DNA of 64,000 nt from an uncultured Bacteroidales bacterium. Lineage in GTDB: Bacteria > Bacteroidota > Bacteroidia > Bacteroidales > VadinHA17. Of this stretch, positions 1 through 8,295 are shown piece by piece. Positions within the stretch are counted from its first letter, which is position 1; the number at the start of each line of letters is the position of its first letter. The notes under the pieces are model-generated. The model worked only from the letters and a program-made list of their open reading frames with translations, was not told where the DNA came from and did not search any database. The stretch covers positions 9,024 to 73,023 of the forward strand of contig CAVTDE010000010.1 of NCBI GenBank assembly GCA_963733455.1. The letters are read 5' to 3'. The position numbers were made by a program, and so were the translations under genes.

Positions 1-283
1 CTTTGTATTGCAATGCTTCTTCTTTTAGTTTTTCAAATACTGTTTCAAACGAATTATTTAAATCTAAATACTGTTTGGCATTTTCTGTTAATGAAAATAT
101 GATATTCTCGTCATTGAAATATTGAAATGTTTTTATAAAAAGTTGTTTACTTAATAATGCTTGGTACTGGTTTAATAAGGCTGGATAATAATTCCAAAAA
201 AGCAATTGACTTATAACAACACTTTCAAGTGTTTGATCTGTATCAATTATAATTATTTGTCGATTTTGAATATCAACGGTCAT
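1..283 (-). CDS. hypothetical protein, N-terminal 94 codons only (gene runs off the left edge); last visible gene of the PNP/ParB-like operon
   Basis: Hand translation of the reverse strand from ATG (283-281) gives an uninterrupted frame, MTVDIQNRQIIIIDTDQTLESVVISQLLFWNYYPALLNQYQALLSKQLF..., down to position 1. The start lies 1 nt after the TAA (287-285) of the upstream ORF. It is absent from the supplied track, presumably because no stop falls in the window. No domain recognised. Confidence 0.5.
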   Translation of the reverse strand, partial: MTVDIQNRQIIIIDTDQTLESVVISQLLFWNYYPALLNQYQALLSKQLFIKTFQYFNDENIIFSLTENAKQYLDLNNSFETVFEKLKEEALQYK

Positions 284-284
284 C

Positions 285-1690
285 TTAGTTTCTTTTAAAT
301 TTACTAGGTAATTCGTCCTTAGTCTTCTTTGCCTCATACAATAAATGTTCAATCTCATTAGCACGAGCTTGAATATCCCGACAAGTTTTCATTGCTTCAG
401 AAATCCTTTCATGTTCAATATTTGAGACAATCATATTATCGTGGTTCAATTTATCAAAAGCTTGATTTAATAATTCAATTGGTGTATCTCGTTCTTTCTT
501 CTGTCCCCATATTTCATAAGCTTTTCTTACATGATGAATAATTTCACTAGCATTTATATTGCTCCAAATGATATCTTTAGTTTTTTCTTCAATTTGGTCC
601 CCATTTTCACTAAATGTGTCTTTTAGTGGTATTTCAAAACCAATCTTATTTAATTCAAATAATTCCTTCTTAGCTCTGGGGTTTGATAACAACTTCGGAA
701 GTTCGCGCATTATAAGGTGAGCTTTTTTATCAATCCCTTTTATTTCTCTTTGTCTAATAATTCTAAAAGCTATATTTTCAATTTTCCCAATCTCATCTTC
801 CTGGATTCCCAAACTAATTCTTTGTTTGTCGTCTTTTATTTTTTTAAATACAATATTATAGTAATCAAGAAAAGCTTGCCACCTTCCTTCAGGATCACTC
901 TTTCCTTCAGAAATGGTATTATAATGTCCGGGTCTTTTTAAAAATCCCAGATACCTATCAATACATTCCAGGGGTTTAAGATAATTATCCTCAATGTTTT
1001 TTAATTCTTTTTTAAAATCACTTTTACTTAAAAACGCATAATTTGGATCATCAAGTAGTTGTTCTTCGAGTGTCATTCCTAATTCTAGTTTTCTTCTTAT
1101 TGACAAAGCTTTATCAAAATTATAATATTCGGCCTTACCAGTTCTTTGTAACTGACACCTATTCTCAACTTTCTCAATTTCTATATTTGTAGGTAAGGGT
1201 TCTTTATCGAGAGGTCCTGGTAGAATTACTACCTCCAAATACTTATATTTTTCGTCCCCAGGAACAATTCTAATAACTTTTCCATTACCATCTTCCTTCT
1301 GTTTCCATTAATTAAAAAACCATCTGCAGTAATGATCGCTTCGTCAAGTTGTTTATTCTTTCTAATGTCATTGATTAATTCTTCTGTGGGCTCTTTGTCC
1401 TTCAATTCCAAAAATCTTTTAATAATAGATTGACCAAAATCCGTTACTTCGTCAAGACTTCCTTTATTTCTTTCATATGTTAAAATATCTGAAGCTATTC
1501 TACCATTATCCTTTCGAAATTTTAATAATTCTATAGGGACCTTATATTTATCTCTTATTCTATTGGTAACTATATCATCCCTAAATGGAATAGGCTTGTT
1601 ATTTGAAATTAGCATTTTATGCAAGTTAATTTCATTAACAAATTCATTAATTATAACCCTACACTGATTTTTGTAATCCTTTGTGCTCAT
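285..1690 (-). pseudogene. ParB/Srx-fold (ParB N-terminal domain-like) protein, about 470 aa if repaired; split into track ORFs 1229..1690 and 285..1238 by a 1-nt frame disruption
   Basis: The N-terminal ORF has ParB-box-like motifs: VPIELLKFRKDNGRI and ITADGFLINGNRRKMVMEKL (the DGxxR/GxRR arginine motif). Both reading frames are open between 1229 and 1307. Joining them near 1260-1264 gives ...NRRKMVMEKLLELF/PGDEKYKYLEVVILPGPLD, a natural continuation. The C-terminal roughly 300 aa look all-helical with no domain I recognise. Confidence 0.6.
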
Positions 1691-1692
1691 AA

Positions 1693-2469
1693 CTAAATAA
1701 TTTTATATTTACTTAAGACTTCAAAAGCAAAAGCACTTGCATTTTTTGCAGCTATTATTTGATAGCCTTTCTTATCAGATTGACTTTTGTTTGACAATAA
1801 ATCTGAAATCCCTCTGACTATCAGGAACTGCAATCCTTCATTTGCTTGACATGCAGCATAAAAGCCAGAGCCTTCCATTTCAACTGCAACTGAATCATTA
1901 TAATGACTTAGAATAAGTTGGTATAATTTATTTCTTCTTGACGTTATCAGTTTCTCACCCGAAGCAATAGGCTTAACAATGACTTTTGGATTATTCCCAA
2001 CTTTATTATCAATAATTCTTTTTTTCCAATCATCTTTTCTAGCTTCGGCTTTAGCTCTATTTAATATTGAGTATGATGACTTCCCTATTTCTGGTCTTGT
2101 AATAAATCCATTTTTTGCTATTTTACCAAATTCATAGCCATACGCCTTCTCAACAGCAACGACATCACCCAATTCCAAATCTTTAATTCCTCCAGCAATA
2201 CCGACAAATATGATTATCTGTGGCTCAAAAAATTGGATAGCACGTTCGACTTCCATTCCGCATGTGAAATTTCCGGGTCCGATTTCTGCAATTCCAATAT
2301 TCCACTTATGATAAAATCCATTTAAAAGGCCTTTTTCATAGACATTACCTCTACTATTACACACTTCTTCAATATCCCTCAAATGTCCTCTTACAGCCAT
2401 ATATTCAATAGGTATGGCTGTTAAAATTACTGCACAAGGTATTGAAGTTGTTTTTTGATTTAAGGGCAT
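1693..2469 (-). CDS. PNP_UDP_1 / MTA-SAH-nucleosidase-fold (phosphorylase superfamily) protein, stand-alone 258 aa
   Basis: Family motifs appear in the right order: N-terminal beta-strand plus Glu (AVILTAIPIEY), FVGIAGGI, VEMEGSGF (EME motif) and VRGISD (catalytic Asp motif). The stop lies 2 nt before the start of the ParB-like gene. Much more AT-rich than the rest of the window. Confidence 0.75.
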   Translation of the reverse strand: MPLNQKTTSIPCAVILTAIPIEYMAVRGHLRDIEEVCNSRGNVYEKGLLNGFYHKWNIGIAEIGPGNFTCGMEVERAIQFFEPQIIIFVGIAGGIKDLELGDVVAVEKAYGYEFGKIAKNGFITRPEIGKSSYSILNRAKAEARKDDWKKRIIDNKVGNNPKVIVKPIASGEKLITSRRNKLYQLILSHYNDSVAVEMEGSGFYAACQANEGLQFLIVRGISDLLSNKSQSDKKGYQIIAAKNASAFAFEVLSKYKII

Positions 2470-3548
2470 TCAAAGAAATTAATTAGGATATCTTCCAATG
2501 AGTACAAACATTCTATAAATCAGCAATTGAAGTTTTTATTATTTCAAATATATTCATTATTTGACATATTTCGGTAAGTAGGACTGTATACTATTGGCTC
2601 GTTTGATTTTGCAAATGTACTGGCTAGTGGGAGGGGCAAAAGCAAATGTGCCAATAATAATCTAGAATTTTGAATTTTAATATTTTTGTTCGAGGGCAAA
2701 GTCCCAGTAGGATGTACAGAGTTTTTATGTAACGATAAGACTTTATTAGAGGCAGGAATTAGTCTTATTATCACCAGTAGAAAAGCTGTCTAGGTATTAA
2801 TCGGCTTGCCAATAACGGTTGGCGATATGTGTTGTTGCCAGCAGCTTCGGGAGGCGGGTGTTTTTTGCAGGCCTGATAGAAAGCAGAAATTTGTCGTGTC
2901 AGCAATGGTGTTCTTATCGTGCAAAAAACATGACGCCTCGAAGCGAGGGCGGGCCAACCACATGATACTGCTAAATAATCTAAGTTTTCTTTTGGCCGCC
3001 TGGCAATAACATATACCGACTTGTTAGGGCGGCGTTGATAGCTCGGGCAGCTCGGGCAGGCACTTGCAGATCGCACTCATGAGCCGGTTCTGTATATTTT
3101 TTCCCCTACAAAACCGCGAATGCTATATGCAGGTGCCAGTGGGCGCAGGCCGCGGGTGCCCTTTTCTTTGTTTTCTGTCAGTCCGAAATAAACCAATATC
3201 ATAGGCTAGATTACAATAATCATAAAAAAATAAGGGCAGACAATGCGTCCTTAACTAATTATAAATCATCATCAGGTCCCTTTACTTTTGCCAGGTTTTA
3301 TACTTTATCCACTTGAGTTCAGGAGCATAATCTCCATTACTCCGCTTCTCCTGAAACCCCCATAAATTCTTTGCCGGATTATAAGTATTGTTATAACACA
3401 GTCCCGTCAGTCACAAAAGCGACATCCTTCCCCTCCATGTATTTCGCCACCGGTATTTTCGCCTGCCTGACTTTCAATCTATAAAATCAATACAAGTTAG
3501 CAATACCCTGGAAAATGGATAGCAAAAATCCAATAAAATTGTAAATAG

Positions 3549-3989
3549 CTATTTTACTTTTGTCACCACGATCCTGGCCTTATAATCCCCTCTTTGTGGC
3601 GGATGGTTAAAGGATGGGTATGGAGCCAGATCGATAAGGGTGTATTTGTATCCGTCAATGGTGATCCCGTTCGGGAACCTTAAATGCGTGTTCAGGTTGA
3701 AGTATACCGGCTCCCCGGCTGCTTTCAGATATCTGAACTTCACTTCGGCATTCCCTTCCCAGAAGCAATATACTCCGGTCGGACAGCGTGAATCGCCAAC
3801 AACTGAATCGAAACAGATATAAAAATGATCGTTGGGTTCGTAAAGACAACTTCCAAATGACAGATCAACAGTATCGTTTAAAACCAGAGTGCCTGAATTT
3901 TCCGGATCAGGTATAAATATTTTATCCTGCCTCTCGCCACAGGCGAAGATAAACAGGGTCACCATTGTGAATAATATTATCTTTTTCAT
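3549..3989 (-). CDS. hypothetical lipoprotein
   Basis: Internal ATG at 3989 gives MKKIILFTMVTLFIFACGERQ, a signal peptide with a lipobox Cys. The longer track ORF to 4040 is probably an over-extension. No domain recognised. Confidence 0.55.
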   Translation of the reverse strand: MKKIILFTMVTLFIFACGERQDKIFIPDPENSGTLVLNDTVDLSFGSCLYEPNDHFYICFDSVVGDSRCPTGVYCFWEGNAEVKFRYLKAAGEPVYFNLNTHLRFPNGITIDGYKYTLIDLAPYPSFNHPPQRGDYKARIVVTKVK

Positions 3990-4175
3990 ATGTTTCGGTA
4001 ATAGGTTTTTCTTTACTAATTGCAGGTTTAAATACCACAAAAATTATTCCATAAATTTTATCCTGCTGATAATAAATCCAAATAAAGAAAATATTTATAG
4101 TTTATTTACAATAATGTAAGGGCTAAAGGATGAGATTCTTCGGTTCGCTACTGATGAGCATATAGCCCTGATATT

Positions 4176-4290
4176 AAGCTCCTTCAGAGCTTACAATCAG
4201 AGGAGATTTCTACCCCGGTTTCACCGGGGGTTATTCACATTTGTCTCTTTCAGAGACAGTTATCGGGACAAAGACCTCTTTCAGAGGTAG
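4176..4290. repeat. Rep-E copy 1: cluster of CTCTTTCAGAG-type hairpins
   Basis: Contains agctccttcagagct, ccccggtttcaccgggg, gttattcacatttgtctctttcagagac and acctctttcagaggt. Related copies lie at 11000-11045 and 43134-43232. Confidence 0.7.
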
Positions 4291-4364
4291 GTGATAAAAC
4301 AACTGTCACTTTACATGATCGAGCTTGTCATTATGTCAGGAGTGCAAAAAATTTTGAGTTGACC

Positions 4365-4570
4365 CTCAGGATGACAGTCTGCCAGGTGGAGTGGGAGTAA
4401 GAAGCGGCGATTCGCACCGGGATGCCCTGCATTGTCAAAATGCTGTTTGCGAATCGCCGCTTCTTCCCAAAACCACCACAATTGCGGTGTCATCCCGAAT
4501 CCTGCGGTAGCGGGATGAGGGATCCCTTAATGCAGAGATGAATACTGTAAATATTTCTAAAGTAATTACC
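4365..4570 (+). repeat. Rep-B copy 1: roughly 200-bp long-hairpin element with GGATGACA/TGTCATCC terminal inverted repeats
   Basis: By eye about 90 percent identical over about 200 bp to 43678-43880. Internal arms gaagaagcggcgattcgca / tgcgaatcgccgcttcttc. Ends in cgggatgagggatccc. Confidence 0.8.
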
Positions 4571-4646
4571 GAACGAATGCTATTCCCTTAACCATAGTAC
4601 AAAGCAGTAATTATTATACTATTTTAGTATATTAATATAAAAAACG

Positions 4647-4654
4647 TATATTTG
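4647..4654 (+). promoter_or_regulatory. candidate Bacteroidota -7 promoter box (TATATTTG matches TAnnTTTG) for the TetR/ABC operon
   Basis: Exact match to the TAnnTTTG consensus, 22 nt upstream of the ATG at 4676. It overlaps the TTG at 4652 used by the ORF track, which favours 4676 as the true start. Confidence 0.3.
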
Positions 4655-4675
4655 TCCCGGATTTATAAGCTATTT

Positions 4676-5260
4676 ATGGAAGCTTTTGTAAACAACAAAA
4701 AATACAGGGCGATTCTTGATTCATCCCGCAAACTATTCTGGAAACATGGCATCAGGAGAGTCTCCGTCGAAGAGATCTGCAGGGAAGCAAAAACGAGCAA
4801 AATGACTTTCTACAGGTTCTTTCCCAATAAGACAGAGCTTGCCAAGGCTGTCCTGGAGCGGTTCTATGAGGAAAGCATGACGAACTTCAGAAAGATTATA
4901 CGGGAGGATACTCCTGCCCCGGTGAAAATGCAGAAAATGATCCGGATGAAGCTTGAAGGAACCTATGATATCAGCAATGAGTTTATCCAGGATTTTTTAA
5001 TTAATAAGAACCTCGGCCTGACATCGTATTTCGAAGAAAAGCTGAAGGATATATGGGCGGAGGGTATAAGGGAATTCAAACTTGGACAGGAGGAGGGATG
5101 GATCAGAAAGGATCTAAATGTTGAGTTCCTGTTCTGGTTCAGCCGGAAGATAATCCCGGTACTGGATGATAAGGAGCTTTTGAAGCTTTTCAAATCACCT
5201 CATGAAATGATCCGGGAAGTGGCAAATCTTATCGTTTATGGCATCGCACCGGTGCATTAG
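4676..5260 (+). CDS. TetR/AcrR family transcriptional regulator
   Basis: N-terminal HTH signature RVSVEEICREAKTSKMTFYRFFPNKTELA. About 195 aa, helical C-terminal domain. First gene of the exporter cluster. Confidence 0.85.
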   Translation: MEAFVNNKKYRAILDSSRKLFWKHGIRRVSVEEICREAKTSKMTFYRFFPNKTELAKAVLERFYEESMTNFRKIIREDTPAPVKMQKMIRMKLEGTYDISNEFIQDFLINKNLGLTSYFEEKLKDIWAEGIREFKLGQEEGWIRKDLNVEFLFWFSRKIIPVLDDKELLKLFKSPHEMIREVANLIVYGIAPVH

Positions 5261-5263
5261 ACT

Positions 5264-6406
5264 ATGAACAGGGCGCTTTATATAATATTTATATTGTTTC
5301 TTTTCGCTTTGCCGGAGACCACTCCCGCACAGGACTCTCTTAATATAAAAGGCCAGGTCTCAGCATGGTTGCTGTATCACTCCGATAGTGACCTGCCTGT
5401 TTATGCGGGAGCCCGTTACATCCCCCAGCTGAATTACAGCCTGCCTTTCAGGAATGATCGTATGCTGGATTTTGAAGCATCGGTAAACATTAACGGAAGC
5501 GCCGGTTTTCATCCTTTTGACTCCCTCCGTTATAACGGGCAGATAAAACCCTACAGGTTATGGGCGCGCTATTCAACAAAGCAATTTGAGATCCGGGCAG
5601 GTTTGCAGAAGATCAACTTCGGCTCAGCGTCACTGCTCAGGCCGCTTATGTGGTTCGACCAGGTTGATCCGCGCGATCCACTTAAGCTTACTGACGGGGT
5701 CTGGGGTCTCCTGGGCAGATATTACTTCCTTAATAATGCAAATATCTGGCTCTGGGGACTTTTTGGAAATAAGGATCCAAGAGGGTGGGAGCCTGCAGCT
5801 ACCAACATAAGTTTCCCGGAAGCTGGCGGGAGGATCCAGCTGCCGGTTCCCAGGGGTGAAGTTGCAGTTTCCTATCATCACAGGACTGCCGATACAAGGA
5901 ACATGGGTGATCCGGTTACTCATTACAGTGAGGTCCCTGAAAACAGATTTGGTTTTGATATGAAACTGGACCTTGTGGTGGGGTTCTGGATCGAAGGTTC
6001 GTGGGTAAATAAGGGTAAAGACCTCGGATTATTTTCGAATCAGGAGATACTTAATGCCGGTGTGGATTACACTTTTAGCATAGGAAACGGGCTTTATGTG
6101 ATCTATGAGCAGTTACTGGCTGCCAGTGATGAAAAGCCGTTCAGATTTCAAAACACTTCCTCATTTTCCCTGTTTTCCCTTTCCTATCCGATTGGACTGG
6201 TTGACAATCTGAGCACAATAGTCTATTATGACTGGAAGAATAATAAAAGCTATAATTTCGTGAACTGGCAAAAGCAATTTAACAATATATCATTGTATCT
6301 CATCGGATTCTGGAACCCTGTAATTTACAACATCCCTGCGCAGGGTAGCGGACAAAACCTTTTTGCCGGTAAGGGTGTTCAGATAATGTTTGTTTTGAAT
6401 CATTAA
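5264..6406 (+). CDS. hypothetical outer-membrane (beta-barrel-like) protein with signal peptide
   Basis: Signal peptide MNRALYIIFILFLFALPETTPAQ. Alternating aromatic/Gly-rich beta-strand-like composition with a C-terminal aromatic-rich end. Sits between TetR and the ABC genes. The fold assignment is inference only. Confidence 0.45.
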   Translation: MNRALYIIFILFLFALPETTPAQDSLNIKGQVSAWLLYHSDSDLPVYAGARYIPQLNYSLPFRNDRMLDFEASVNINGSAGFHPFDSLRYNGQIKPYRLWARYSTKQFEIRAGLQKINFGSASLLRPLMWFDQVDPRDPLKLTDGVWGLLGRYYFLNNANIWLWGLFGNKDPRGWEPAATNISFPEAGGRIQLPVPRGEVAVSYHHRTADTRNMGDPVTHYSEVPENRFGFDMKLDLVVGFWIEGSWVNKGKDLGLFSNQEILNAGVDYTFSIGNGLYVIYEQLLAASDEKPFRFQNTSSFSLFSLSYPIGLVDNLSTIVYYDWKNNKSYNFVNWQKQFNNISLYLIGFWNPVIYNIPAQGSGQNLFAGKGVQIMFVLNH

Positions 6407-6416
6407 ATTAATTCAA

Positions 6417-7124
6417 ATGGAAAATTCTTCAATTGTTAAGATTGAAAGGCTTATTAAACGGTTCCCTGTAGGAAAATCTGAATTTACGGCGCTTAAAGAT
6501 ATAAGCGCCAGTTTTGGAACGGGTGAGTTTGCAGGTCTCGTCGGTCCGAGCGGATCGGGGAAAACGACATTGCTTAATATAATGGGTTCCCTTGATACTC
6601 CATCAGAAGGAGAGGTAACTGTTCTTGGCAAGTCAGTTTCAAAATTGAGTCCCAGGGAATCGGCAATACTCAGGAACCGGCATATCGGTTTCATCTTCCA
6701 GACCTTTAACCTTTTGCCGGTTTACACTGTTTATGAAAATGTAGAATTTGCCCTTTTATTGCAAAAAATGTCTGCTTCGGAGAGGAGAAAAGCGGTAATG
6801 GCCGCTCTTGAATGGGTCGGGCTGACAGAAAAGGTGAAATCGCGCCCTTCAATGTTATCGGGAGGTGAATGTCAGCGTGTTGCAATTGCCAGATCAATGG
6901 TAAAAAAGCCTGAAATTGTACTGGCTGACGAACCTACGGCAAACCTCGACTCCGCAAATTCAAATAATATCTTGCAGACAATGAAGAAACTGAACCGGGA
7001 ACTAAGGACGACATTTATTTTCGCCACTCACGACGAGAAGGTCATGAAATATCTGAACCGTATAATCTCACTTGAAGACGGGAAAATTGTAAAGGATATG
7101 ATTGTCACAGATTCTAAAAACTAA
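6417..7124 (+). CDS. ABC transporter ATP-binding protein (LolD/MacB-type)
   Basis: Walker A GPSGSGKTT, signature LSGGECQRVAIARS, Walker B IVLADEPT. Confidence 0.9.
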   Translation: MENSSIVKIERLIKRFPVGKSEFTALKDISASFGTGEFAGLVGPSGSGKTTLLNIMGSLDTPSEGEVTVLGKSVSKLSPRESAILRNRHIGFIFQTFNLLPVYTVYENVEFALLLQKMSASERRKAVMAALEWVGLTEKVKSRPSMLSGGECQRVAIARSMVKKPEIVLADEPTANLDSANSNNILQTMKKLNRELRTTFIFATHDEKVMKYLNRIISLEDGKIVKDMIVTDSKN

Positions 7125-7128
7125 GATC

Positions 7129-8295
7129 ATGCTTGCACTGAAATTGGCATTTAAAAACCTGATGGGTGCAGGTTTACGAACCTGGCTGAATGTCTCGGTC
7201 CTTTCGTTTGCATTTGTTATTATAGTATTCTATAACGGCCTTATCGATGGCTGGAACAGGCAGGCCAGGCTCGACACCAGTGAATGGGAGACAGGTTACG
7301 GACAATACTGGCACCCGGCATACGACAGATACGACGTGTTTACAATTCAGGATTCACACCAGCCTTTATCCAACGAAATAGCTTCGGAGGTTAAAGATAA
7401 ACTGCTTGTACCGGTATTGATCGCGCAGGCAACAGCTTTTCCCCAGGGACGCATGCAGGCTGTTATCCTTAAAGGCGTCGATCCGGGACAAACTATTCTT
7501 AAACTGCCGACCGGTAAACTGTTACCTTCTGATGAAGTTGATTATGGCATAATCGGGAAAAGGATGGCCGAATCATCCAAACTTAAGGTTGGGGACAGGT
7601 TGCTTATCAGGTGGCGTGATAAAAACGGCACTTTTGATGCCCGTGAGATACAGATTGCCTCAATATTCAGGTGTGATGTTCCTGCCGTGGATAAGGGTCA
7701 GATCTATCTTCGACTGGATGTGCTTCAGAAAATGATGGGTATGGGTAACGAAGCGACACTTCTGGTGGCAGGAAAAGGTCAGAGTCAGAAGAATTTTAAA
7801 GACTGGGAATTCAGGGATCAGAAATTCCTTCTTGCCGATATGGATAAGATCATTCAGGCTAAAAAAGCCGGCGGATCAATTATGGAAGGCCTCTTACTTA
7901 TAATAGCCCTGATTGCAATATTTGACACACAGGTATTGTCGATCTTCCGGCGGCAAAAGGAAATAGGCACCTATATCGCCCTTGGAATGACAAGGTCGCA
8001 GGTGGTAGGAATTTTTACCGTCGAAGGCGGCGCCCACAGCATTCTGGCTACACTTATGGGGGCGGCATATGGTATCCCCTTATTTCTATTGCTCGGGAAA
8101 GCAGGCATCCCGATGAAAGCCGCGCAATCGACCGATCTTGCAGTTGCGGAAAAGATATTTCCATATTATAGTTTAGGCCTGATAATTATTACGATTATCC
8201 TTGTCGTCATAACATCAACGATAGTCAGCTACCTGCCTGCCCGCAAAATTTCGAAAATGAAACCAACAGATGCACTGAAAGGGAAACTGGTATGA
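7129..8295 (+). CDS. ABC transporter permease, FtsX/MacB-like
   Basis: ATG at 7129, just after the ATPase stop. N-terminal TM, large periplasmic domain, C-terminal 3-TM FtsX-type block ending ...YLPARKISKMKPTDALKG. Confidence 0.85.
   Translation: MLALKLAFKNLMGAGLRTWLNVSVLSFAFVIIVFYNGLIDGWNRQARLDTSEWETGYGQYWHPAYDRYDVFTIQDSHQPLSNEIASEVKDKLLVPVLIAQATAFPQGRMQAVILKGVDPGQTILKLPTGKLLPSDEVDYGIIGKRMAESSKLKVGDRLLIRWRDKNGTFDAREIQIASIFRCDVPAVDKGQIYLRLDVLQKMMGMGNEATLLVAGKGQSQKNFKDWEFRDQKFLLADMDKIIQAKKAGGSIMEGLLLIIALIAIFDTQVLSIFRRQKEIGTYIALGMTRSQVVGIFTVEGGAHSILATLMGAAYGIPLFLLLGKAGIPMKAAQSTDLAVAEKIFPYYSLGLIIITIILVVITSTIVSYLPARKISKMKPTDALKGKLV

Noticed and set aside
1229-1307. Programmed ribosomal frameshifting in the ParB-like gene (and in dcp at 30867)
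   Set aside because: There is no slippery heptamer or obvious downstream stimulatory structure at either site. Four disrupted genes in the window make indels or decay the simpler explanation.
2855-2905. SRP (4.5S) RNA-like motif caggcctgatagaaagcag, also considered as a tmRNA, RNase P RNA or cobalamin riboswitch in the 2790-3170 GC-rich patch
   Set aside because: There is only loose resemblance to the SRP domain IV sequence (caggtccggaaggaagcag). There is no matching 3' strand, no GNRA tetraloop, and none of the RNase P, tmRNA or B12-box core motifs.
3230-3480. Two short minus-strand frames ending ...GDYAPELKWIKYKTWQK* and ...KYMEGKDVAFVTDGTVL* as small (toxin/antitoxin-like) genes
   Set aside because: Each is only about 30-38 codons between stops, with no start codon in a sensible position and no family I can name. 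They are kept only as possible gene remnants in the spacer finding.
4311-4493. Short ORFs overlapping repeat elements: 4311..4493, 28430..28666, 28522..28713, 43350..43586, 43547..43888, 43552..43803, 43680..43961
   Set aside because: Each lies wholly within palindromic or tandem repeats or over the tRNA. They occur on both strands of the same hairpin and have repeat-driven low-complexity composition, so they are not called as genes.
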